Assembly (NCBI GenBank): GCA_964247055.1
Contig: OZ176054.1
Span: forward strand, 12,400,001 to 12,464,000
From: Paragordius varius
Taxonomy: Eukaryota; Animalia; Nematomorpha
DNA: 64,000 nucleotides
Direction: 5' to 3'
The stretch's first letter is position 1. Each line of letters begins with the position of its first letter. The notes below the pieces were generated by a model, which saw only the letters and a program-made list of their open reading frames with translations, was not told the origin of the DNA and did not search any database. The position numbers were made by a program, and so were the translations under genes. Of this stretch, positions 49,516 through 60,251 are shown in pieces.

Positions 49516-52350
49516 GATATTTTTTAAGCCTAGTTTAGTCTTTATATGTATTTTAACAAGTTTAGGATTGTGTAATATTGGTTTAAAATAATAGGATATA
49601 TTAATTGAAAGTTTAACCCCTCCGTGGGTATATCTATATAAAAATTATAAAAAATGACATACATTATGTTTGAAGTTACATATATCAAAATAAAAAAATT
49701 AGAGAAGATGCAGTTTTATATAATCTTTATCACTTTCTCATACAAACATCACTTGTATGAATAAAATATTATTTGGCTAGCTGCAAATAATAAAAATACC
49801 ATAAAATACCATAATATACCATTTACAATCCAAATTCACCCTCAAACAATTCAAATTCCTAAAAATAAATTATGTGTTTTCGAGCTAATATAACTCATTA
49901 TTAATATAAAATATATTTTAATGTCATAATTTATTGTTTCAATACTATATTAATTTTTAACAAAATTTCATTATTTAAATATATAGGTATTTTTATATCT
50001 TAAACACTTAATTTCTTTTTGGGTGAATATAAATTGTTTGAAGGTGAATTTAAATTGTTCAAGGGTAAATTTAAAGAGTAAATGGTATATATTAATTATT
50101 GAGAACCACAAAAACCAATTCTAATTACCTTTATCCTTTTGCGGGCCTGAGTCAATTAAGGTAGAATCTAAATTTTTCTCCGAATTTTGTTGCCGATATT
50201 GTGAGCTAATTCCATCATCAAAATTACTATTAAATAATTCCAACTCTAACCTTTTATCTTGAGATGATTCTAATGATTGCGTGTTGATGTTGTTCTCTTG
50301 TGGTGGTTTGCTTAAACAAGCATCGACCCATTTAAGATATTCAATTTCGTTTGCCATGTCCTCTATATTGGCATTTAACAAGTCATTCTCATCACCATCA
50401 TAATCATCGTATATATCGCTCTGGGAATCAAGATGCATAGTGAAGAATGATTTATTTTCAGCATTTGTCATCACCACTGTTTTTGAGGTCGTTGATTGTG
50501 GATCTAACAATTTATTATCAGTAAGTGTAATGAAATGAAAAGTAAAATCAAAAAGAATATGTTTTAAATCCATTGTTTGAACTACAAATATGATATGATT
50601 AAATTTTATGTTTCAAAGGTTATTTAATGCAATTATTATAATAAGCCATTTTTAAAACTATATATACCGTTACCTGCCACATTCCTCCCATTTTCAATCA
50701 TATCTAATAGCATATCCTAAATATCATATATATACAATAAAACAAAATTATTATAGAAGTAAAAATTGTTTTTTATTTATTTAACAATTGGATACAACAC
50801 ATTAATTTTAGTCCTTGGAAATTGGGGTAGTTAAGATCCCAGGCCTGTTTAAAATTAAATAATTCAAACGATGGCAAAAATTTAGACTTATATAACATTA
50901 ATGAACCAAAGTATATAAAAAATTTCATTTAAATATACTTGATATTACTTATTTTTAGGTAAAACCTCAATGTAAAAATTCAGTCAACATGACATGTGTG
51001 CATTAAAAAAATTTAAAATAATACCAAATAGATACCGCTTTTAGTGTTTCATTCAATACTAGTTGTAATATAAATGAAAAAATAGCTTTCATTTTAGCTT
51101 TAAAATCAAATAAACACAATATTTTGCAACAATGTTGTAAAAAATGGTGTCAAAAAGTTTGATATTTTTTTAAAACCAAATTATATTTAGATATTTCGGC
51201 TTTTTCATATAATTTTTATTAGAATTGAAGCATAAATTTAAATTGGGACCGTTTCTTTCAGTAGTTTTTTAAAAATTTCAACTTAAATATAGTCTGGGGT
51301 ATTAAAATATCCCAATTTGAATAGTGTTAAAGATATAAAAAATTAAACGAAATCTATCTCAGCGACAATCAAACCGCGTTGGGGACATATTAACAAAAAT
51401 TATTTGAAATTGTACATCAATAGAGTCTCTGCATTAGCGCCCTTTATAATAAGGTTATTCTAAAGTACAGCGAAAATTAGTTCATACGTGAATTTGCGAT
51501 ATATAAATAGGGTTTCTTTTAAAGTTTCACTCTGTTAATATTCAAAAGTGATTTATATTTATATACAATGGCAAATATATCAAATTGAAGCTACCGAATG
51601 CGACAATTCAAGTCTATTTTATACAAAACTACAATTATATCATAAAGATACTGGGCTTTATGTTTCATAATATAAAATTGAAAACCCAAACAATACTTAC
51701 GGTTTTGGATAAAGAAGAATCAAAAGAAGGCGAAATAATATTTCTTTCAATTTCTTTTTCGATCGTAAAATCTTCATCGTCATCATCGGAGGGAAACTCA
51801 ATATCGCCAAATTTTAACCCATTATGATCGTTATTTGAATATCCAGATCCGGTTTTAAGAGGTGTCTCAAATATTTTGATCGTTTCAGCATCGTAGTTTA
51901 TGTCAGCAATTGCTTTATTAGCTAAAATTGGAGAAAGAACTGGCCATATACTCGATGAAATGTTCTGTGGTAATTATGATTTTTATATTTTATAGAAAAG
52001 AATCTATTTGAATGTAAACTTTAAAAAAATGGATTATACCCCACTTTTCTTTAGATCCTTAACCTTTGATCGAGTGTACTTAGGATAAAAATCTGGAATA
52101 ATATATTTTAATTTTCCAATTTTTTCATCCTTACTCTTTTCATTGGTAGGGCTAGTGTCGGACAAATGTTTTTTGAGATATGTTTTAACGTTTTCATCTG
52201 CTATCAAACACTTTATTTTTGAGAAAAAAAGGATACCTTTAGAATATTTTTGACATTGAAGGTAGTTAAATTGTTTTTCTTTGCGGCATCTTCCAATATA
52301 TTTTCAAGGTCTGAATCATGCGAACCTTCTGTAAGATTTTCTTTCATCAT
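35739..52350 (-). CDS. GON4L: GON4L/YY1AP1 (Mute/GON-4) ortholog, 18 exons, about 1590 aa from the first in-frame ATG; an upstream exon is possible
   Basis: Phase-consistent exons: 52365-52237, 52210-52040, 51964-51701, 50716-50674, 50503-50129, 49375-49262, 47976-47651, 47149-47063, 46384-46186, 45559-45458, 42994-41397, 41322-41161, 40461-40285, 39349-39165, 38695-38558, 37642-37263, 36873-36764, 35966-35739. Motifs: LEDAAKKNNLTTFNVKNIL, PKYTRSK, DDPEY...DLRDDRAVHVSRKELNDLLNELF, QMQQHIQLL, KELGTF, ESRLLALG, PAH-like repeats, and a C-terminal WSKDMDIILI Myb-like domain. Confidence 0.9.
36952..37244. mobile_element. Family A MITE filling most of a GON4L intron
   Basis: TACCATTTACAATTC...TTAAATGGTA, inside intron 36874-37262. 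Confidence 0.85.
39758..40046. mobile_element. hAT MITE, family E
   Basis: CAGGGGTATTT...GTTGATACCCCTG; flanks ATCTAAAC/AGCTAAAA; internal similarity to the 1737 copy in reverse orientation. Confidence 0.75.
43036..43192 (-). mobile_element. Complete 157-bp mini-Helitron
   Basis: On the minus strand: A|TCTATATATTTATAAAAATGG...hairpin GAAGTCC-GAA-GGACTTC, hairpin CTCGGGCTGC-GTA-GCAGCACGAG, then ATTCACG-CTAG|T. Inserted at A^T with no TSD. Confidence 0.88.
43245..44727 (-). mobile_element. Helitron 5' end (A|TC at 44727) followed by about three tandem 478-bp units
   Basis: The 5' terminus TCTATATATTTATAAAAATGGAAAATGCTGGCTTTGTGATCTGGTACAGG matches that of the mini-Helitron. GGCATTTTACGGGGG recurs at 43417, 43895 and 44373 (period 478). 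Confidence 0.85.
48032..48532. repeat. Family A MITE whose right subterminal 21-mer (AAGGGTGAATTTGAATTGTTC) has expanded into a minisatellite (~48275-48525)
   Basis: About 12 tandem units, some shortened to 16 nt. Other copies carry 1-3 units. Confidence 0.9.
50785..51326 (+). mobile_element. piggyBac-type TTAA MITE, family D
   Basis: TTAA flanks at 50781-50784 and 51327-51330; collinear with the 4913 copy. Confidence 0.8.
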
Positions 52351-52574
52351 ATGACAATCACACTTCTAAAAGCTCGAAAAATATGATTAGCAATATACCG
52401 CGTTATTTCAAAAAATATTGGTTTAAACGATAAGATATTGGTAGTGCACCTAATAAAAAAACTTTCAGGACTTAGTAGCCTCTTAACCGATATTGAATGG
52501 CTTAAGAAATTATTTTGGCTCTAAATCTTTACACCAAGAATTAAGTTTGCATTTAGTGCCATTAGCAATTTTAA

Positions 52575-53743
52575 CACTTAGATACAACACACTCATTTTA
52601 GTCCTTCAATTCAAATTGGGGTAGTTGGATACCCCAGGCCTGCTTAAAATCAAATACTTTAAAAAGTATGGAAGAAATCGAATTCATGGCAAAATTTTGC
52701 ACTTATATAACATTAATAAACCTAAATATATAAAAAAATTTATTCAAAAATATTTGATATTAAATATTTTATGTTAAAACCGAAAGGTAAAAATTTCGTC
52801 AACGTGACATGTGTCAAATGGTAAAATTAAAAAATAATACATAATAAACCGCTTTTTTTATTTCTATCAATGTTAGATGTAATTTATATCAAAATTTAGC
52901 TTTAGTTCTACCCTTGAAATTGAATTAACACTTCGATTCAAATTGGGGTATCTAAATAACCCAGACTAAATTTAAGTTAGAATTTTTAAAAAACTACTGA
53001 AGGAAACGGTCTCAATTTAAATTTATGCTTCTATCTAGATGAATATTATATAAATATGCCAAAATATCTTGATAAAATTTTGTTTTGAAAAAAAAGTTCC
53101 ATCTCAAACTACTTCGACGCCATTTTTATTTTACAAAATTTTTGCAAAATATCGTTTTCTTTTAATTTTAAGGGTAAAACTATAGCTAATTTTTAATATA
53201 AATTACATCTAACATTGATAGAAATAGAGAAAGCGGTTTATTTGGTATTATTTTTTAATTTTACCATTTAACACATGTCACGTTGACGAAATTTTTACAT
53301 GACGGTTTTAGCTAAAAATATTTAATATCAAATATTTTTGAATAAATTTTTTTATATATTTAGGTTTATTAATGTTATATAAGTGCAAAATTTTGCCATG
53401 GATTCGATTCCTTTGATACTTTGTAAAGTATTTGATTTTAAACAGGCCTGGGGTATCCAACTACCCCAATTTGAATCGAAGGACAAAAATTAGTGTATTT
53501 TATCCAAGTGTTAAGACGATATTTTGCGAAAATTTTGTAAAATAAAAATGGCGTCGAATTAGTTTGAAATGGAACTATTTTTTTCAAAACAAAATTTGAT
53601 TAAGATATTTTGGCATATTTATATAATTTTTATCAGGATAGAAGCATAAATTTAAATTGGGACCGTTTCCTTCAGTAGTTTTTTAAAAATCCTAATTTAA
53701 ATTTAGCCTGGGGTATTTGGATACCCCAATTTGAATCGAAGTG
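52575..53743 (+). mobile_element. Family D MITE interrupted by a second family D copy
   Basis: Left part 52575-52924 and right part 53515-53743 are collinear with the 4913 copy. Confidence 0.85.
52929..53510 (-). mobile_element. Complete family D MITE in inverted orientation, with TTAA duplication
   Basis: TTAA at 52925-52928 and 53511-53514; ends CACTTCGATTC...TATCCAAGTG. Confidence 0.9.
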
Positions 53744-56244
53744 TTATAAGCCACATGAGGTTTGTAAACCCCAGATTAACCCAGATTTATATAATTTTTA
53801 AAGCCGAATTTGTATTTTATCTTGATTTGTTGTAAACAATCGTACAAACAAAACTAAATACGATTTAGTGATGAATACGACATCATGTGTTTTAAGAACA
53901 GTGTTGATCCATATTTAAGCAATTTAAAATGTCCTGCAATCACAGGCTTGTAAAAAACTTGAATTTATGAAACAATTATAGCAGTAAATTATTATAATAT
54001 AATATTTATGGTTTGACAAAAATTTTGCCTTAAATCATTAACTATTTGTAAAAAACTAATTGATCCGATTACTAATGCTATTACGAAATAACGTAAATGT
54101 AGAAACTTAAATTATGGGCGGGTATGAAAATTTTTAAACTAGTTATAGAGTTATAATTGCAGAAAAATTTATCAAGGCTAATGATCATGAATAAAGTATT
54201 CAATGAGAACTTGGGGATATGTATTTTCTATTAAATCGATTTTTCTACATTTTTCAAATCATTTTTTTCCCCAGAGTTTTCTTTAAGATATAGCTGTTGT
54301 TTAATCATTCATTTTAATTATTCTGGGGTTCTCATATTGCTTTCGAGCTAAAACATACCTTTTCTAGAGAGTTATCATCACTGACTGCTCCACATACTCG
54401 ACCAATTCAGTCTCGATATATTTTGGAAATGTTCCAAATCTAAACTCCCGAAATAAATTTGAAATCGTAAGTTTTTTATAAGAAGGGGATTGGATGATTA
54501 AATTTTAAGCAAAACATTTAAAACAGTTATTTTAAAGCAATCATTTAATGAAAAATTTAACTTATGAAATGCTAAGCCATAGGAAAGCATCAGGGCCGAG
54601 TAGTACGTAACATTAGATCATTTAATTCAGTTACCTTATAATAAATTATCATTTTTGAAATTCTTGAAAAAATTAGTTTACAGATTTTGGATTAACTAAT
54701 GGAGAATAGTAGTGCTTTCAATTGCACCACTTCCTTTTTCTGTATATTCTATATTCTCTTAATATATTAAATGTTTCCCAAAGTGCGTCTTCGATTACCT
54801 CTCTACTTAATCCAAAATTACAAGGGCAGCCGATTCTGAGACTGGTTGGCCGGTACATATCCCTAAACTTTATCTATCAAAGTAAAAAGCAAAAATGACC
54901 ACATATACAATAGGAGAGATATATTTCTACTAGATAAAAAAGAAAGATATAAAAATGTTCAAACATATCAACTTTTATAAGGCAAATATTTTTTTAGTGA
55001 TTTTTATAAAACTTGCAAAACATATAATTATAAAAGTAAGCCATATTATTGAGTAAATCTCTTAAATTATTGTAGGTAAAAAATAGTAAAAAAACTTCAC
55101 ATGCAACATTTTTATGTCATAAAACTAGCAGCTGTACACTTATATATATACACTAATTAATATTTTAATAAACTTCAAACATAAGACAATGCAAAGAAAT
55201 TAAATTAATTTTGTTCTTGCCAATCACATAACTTAGATCGTTTAAATTCTTTTTATTTAATATTGTGAGCTTTTATTTGCCAATCCTTAGTTCCATAATT
55301 TGAGCGAGTCACACATAAAGTTCCAGACGGCCTAATGTTGGACACCTCTTTTTTAAACCTCAGGATTTTGTATCCCATATTGCCATTAAACAAAAATGTT
55401 TATATTAAAATTGCACCTAATCAAGTTAATATTGAACTATTACTAACATTCTTGTTATTTTTCAAAAAGTTGACCTTTTTATTAAACATAGTTGGACCTA
55501 ATCCTAGAGCTAAATGCTCAACCAAGTTCCCAATTAAAAAGGAAATGTGTGAGAAATAATTGCCAGGAATGTAATATTCTTATGTGGAGGAGTATTATAC
55601 AGAGGTCCTTACTATGTGGATACTTAAGCCCTAGGCAATGATCTTTATTATTAATCAGTAGGGAAGTAATGGAATTCATATGCCGGTATACTTTTTTACG
55701 GAAAAATGTGTAAATATTATTTGGAAAATCTATTTCGCAAAAGCCTGGTTAAAGTTACGGGAAAATTTAGACTAAATCCTGGGGGGTGGGCATTTTTAAA
55801 TTAATTAAAAATTTCCGCTTTAAAATTTGATACATATTTCACAAAATCGCTTAAGATTCAATATTTTGGAAAACCCCATTTTTTGTTGTAGATGAAACAA
55901 CGGGCTATTTCATAATAATTATCCAGACACTCTCGGCACATTCAATTATACGAATGGGGTAAGACGTTTTCAGCAACAGTGAGCACAAACTCAGCAGGCA
56001 TATAGTACATTTTAATAAATATTTATATTCTGATAGATAAAAAGTATAAGGATACTCAGGTGTGCTTTTGGTTTTGACCCTTATAATGTAAAAATAATTG
56101 ACCTAACCGGCGCATTTATGGTAACAATATTTTTTTATTGAAAGCTAATTCTTTATTAAAAAATATTATTAATATACAATATACAATATTTCACTAATGC
56201 CGAGATTTTGTGTTGTCGTAGAATAACACCAAAATAGAAAATTA

Positions 56245-56645
56245 ATAAAATATGCATACTTTGCTTTAGGTTTAAATTATAGCCAAAATTTGTTGAGGGA
56301 TAAACGTGGTGAAAACGTTGTAAAAACGTTTAAGAAGCTATAAAAACACTTTTTCATTGAGGATATTGCTAATATTTCAATCACTGCAAAATTTAGAATT
56401 AAAGGTTGATATTTTTCTTGATTTTAATAAACTTTGGCTATATGCCATTTAATCCATCATAAATGAAGACAGAATTGAAAAAAATTTTGGAGTGGAAGAA
56501 TTGTTCAGCATAATCGATTTATGAAAAAATGTTATTATAATATCTAAAAGCATTTTTCTTTCTGATTATATTTCAAATTACCATGAAGTACGGCTCAACA
56601 AATTTTGTCAAAAATTTAAATTTAAAGCAAAGTATGCATTATTTT
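56245..56645. mobile_element. Additional MITE (family G) with ~45-bp imperfect inverted termini; degenerate relative at ~4270-4660
   Basis: ATGCATACTTTGCTTTAGGTTTAAATTATAGCCAAAATTTTGTTGAG versus CTCAACAAATTTTGTCAAAAATTTAAATTTAAAGCAAAGTATGCAT. CATGAAGTACGGCTCAACAAATTTTG resembles TATGAAGTACGCTTCAACAAAATTTTG at ~4603. Confidence 0.55.
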
Positions 56646-57820
56646 TGGTGTCATTAAAATTATTGTCGCGGTAATGTAGGCATTGCTTGGCTTTTAAAAA
56701 TTAGCCTATTTTAGATCGAAAGGAGTCCAAAATTTAGCTACTTTCGGAGCTTACTTATATAATAACTAATATATATTTTGTGCTTTTTATATCTGGTTAT
56801 TGATATAGATGAGTGTGTTTTAAAATTAAGTGTTTTATCACCAGAACGTTTTATTTAACAAAATGGGCTAAAATTTTGTCATTTTCCATTAAGGATTTAT
56901 GACACACTCTACATAACTTTCTCAATTCAGTCCTAAGGCCAAAACCAATATTCTACTTTTCATATCGTATAAATATTTCATTCGGTCGCTTCATTTCATA
57001 AGATTGGGCCTAAATTAAAGGTTTATTTAGAAAAAGCTTTAGACACACTCAGATTTCCAAATGGATAGTTAACCTATAGGTTTGAACGAGTCCAAACCTT
57101 GTTTAAATACCATTTTTTTTATAAACTCAAATTTCTGAAGTTGAACTTAGAGGCTTATAAAAAATTGTTCTTGGCGCATAGATAGTTTAAGTTAATTTCT
57201 TTTTAATGTTAATGGGCCCTTATCTCAATATCCTTGCATATTTATAAGTTTTAATTATTATAGAACGGCTTTTATAGATTTTCTTCAGGAGAATCTTAGA
57301 TTTGAAGTATTCTATGTATCCGTCAGATCTATTAATAAGGAAATAATGGGTTAAAATTTTTAACCCTATAAGGATAACATTAACGAATGTGCTATATTTA
57401 GTGTTTTTATCATTTGAAATAAAATAAAATTTACAAAATATTTCTGAAAAAAACCAAGAGCATCAGAACTATCAAAATATTTTTTTGCTACCTCATGTGT
57501 ATATAAGATGTAATGTTTTCTGCATAAAATAATAGGGCAAAAATAAAATATTTTTTTATAACACTTTCCTTCAACTAAAATTATTTTTATGATGCCTAAT
57601 ATCACTTTTTTGGATCAGCATTCATTTACGGTAAATACATCTGTTGTGTAAATTTTAGCCTTGATTTAGCATAAATTCAACATTCAAAGCTCTAAAAAAA
57701 GTATTATTAAATTTTTGTTATAAAATTTATTTATTTTTTATTATATTTTTCCATATTTGTTATAGTTTTACATTTTTTTAAATAAATAAATAGTTTCTAT
57801 ACAGATGTTTATATAGGGTT

Positions 57821-59800
57821 ATGGAAACAAATTACCCATTACGGACCAAACCCCGAATATCATATTTTTCTCGAGAAGTAAACTTTATATGTTAATTTTA
57901 GACCATAATCAAACCATCTGAAAAGCCAAAAAATAAAAATACTTTTCCATGTATATTTTGTTATCAAAAGTTGAAAACATTTCAAGAATTAAAAAATCAC
58001 AGAGTTATTTGTCATCGAAATTATTTAGAAATCGATAATATTATCCATAAATATTACATTCAAAATGCAAAATTTTCCGACATATACAACTTGCAATTCA
58101 ATCCAAATAATGATTACCAAAGTAATTTTCTCGCTCAACCCATTTATGTGAATTATGAAAAACATTTTTGCCTTCGCAAAACAATCCCTGAAAATCGCTT
58201 TCTTTATAATTTATACTTGTCAACCTTACTTCAATACTTTCCATCCCAAAAATACCTTGATCCTCCTCACTATAACAACGATATATTTATATTGGATAAT
58301 TGTATTACGTATGGAAAAAAACAGCTTTATAAGACTACAGATCTAATTAAACACCAAATATTATTGTATATATATCGCTTGAATCAATTAACATCGAATC
58401 CTTTACCCAAATTTTTGACTGCTAAAGATTATCCACTAATTAAGGCTATTATTCATTTCTGTCAACATTACATGAAAAATAAATCGAAAAATCGGCCCTT
58501 TGACATACCTCAAGAATTGGAATTATGTTTTGATTTGGACACTGATGTGAGAACGCAAAATATGCAAATTATAAGAGCCAGAAATTTTCAACGCCCCATA
58601 GGTATTAAACCCCGTGAATGTCCGGTGGCTATAAGCATGTTCGATAAGCTTGTTTTATACATGATTCGTAAAATGAATCCAAAAGTTGAATGTTTAACTC
58701 CCTCTTTGGATCACAAACTGGGTGTAAGAGATCGGATAGCCCATAAGAAACGTATTAAATGTGCTGAACATTGTAACACAATCCTTAATGATATAAATGA
58801 CGCATTTATATCATCATCCTTAAATACAATCAACGATGTATTTGATGAAATTGTCAATATGAGCCAACGGGAAACTCAACAAAGCCTATCACATTCCTCG
58901 GCAGACGATCCTTCAATCTATGCCACATATTGTGATTGTTGTTGGCGAGGTCTAACCCCATCAAACAGCTTTCCGAATAATTTATCTCACAAAGTTTTGT
59001 GTGAGAAAAAATCATCCACGTTTCATTCACCCAAAATGGTTACCGCTAAAAAACTAATCAGACCCAAAAATCTAGTTGTTAAAACCGATTTGGATTATTC
59101 CACCACATTAACATGTACTAACCCCTCGGTACCTAAATTGAAACCGCTTGTGTCTCCTTGCTTAGCTATTAAACGCAAATATACCAAGCGCCATATCCAG
59201 AATTTTCAACACACTCAAAATCACGAGATAAATAATACTCAACAAGTCAAAAAATATGTCCTTAACCCAACACATGTTAACTCCATTCAAGAAATAACTA
59301 ATAATTATAAAAATTCTGTTCCACATGTTCTTCACAAATCAACCAATATTAATTTGGTTGATTTGACAGATGAGGATAATAATTACAAAACTCCAACAAA
59401 TCATGAGAAAATGCTCAACGGAAACCTGAATTGCCAAGAAACTATTTTTTCATTTTCATCATCACAAAAACGAAAGTTGGATTCTAACACTCAGGATAGT
59501 GTATTTAAAAATTTTAGTATTAACGGAACAAAGACTGAAAGTTTGATGCGAAAAAAGTTTCAGAGATTAGATAATGAGGTGTCGCATAGTAAAAACATAC
59601 GATCGTTACCTATGATAATTTTATATTGTCACATTTGTAAACATTATGAATTGGTATCGACTCAAGACCAGATTAAAGGAAAAATTTCAGATCACTCCTC
59701 TTTGTTCCATAAAGATACTCAACTCGATATAAAGTTTTCTCAAAAAAATGATAATAAAAATGGCACAAATATATTATTAGTTGAATGTAATAAAAGTTAA
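57821..59800 (+). CDS. Orphan zinc-finger protein, about 650 aa (putative exons 57821-57877 and 57902-59800)
   Basis: 1.9-kb open frame from the acceptor at 57901. N-terminal FPCIFCYQKLKTFQELKNHRVICH finger, C-terminal LYCHICKHYE...DHSSLFH finger-like segment, basic NLS-like patches. The first exon depends on a 24-nt intron. Confidence 0.7.
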
Positions 59801-60251
59801 TTAATAAATTATTTATTATAATTTATTTTTCGAATCTCATATTTTATGCATATATAATAAATGATGACTTGACAATCGCGGTTTTTTAGCTATGTTACCA
59901 TTCAATACGACAAAAAAATAACTTGACCCCATGCCAAAGGTGTTATCATATTAGTACATATGTGAGTGAAATTAAGCTACTTAAAATAAATATAGATATT
60001 ATCGCAATAAAATATTATATCATGTGAAATAATTTATGTTAATAAAATTCTTTAACATACTTGTATCCTAAATCAATTTGTCTAACTACATAATTTTTGA
60101 CAATTCTTACCTTAAAGCATTATATATTTTAATATTTTCCTTTAAATTTAATTATTTTTACGGATAAAATAATGTTTTCATGATTAAGTTATCCTAGTGG
60201 TATATTTTAAAAAAACGCTAAAATTCAAATGTTCAACCGTATTTTCTTTTG

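Noticed and set aside
52093-52134. 42-nt intron in GON4L
   Set aside because: The segment is in frame and stop-free, so no splicing is required.
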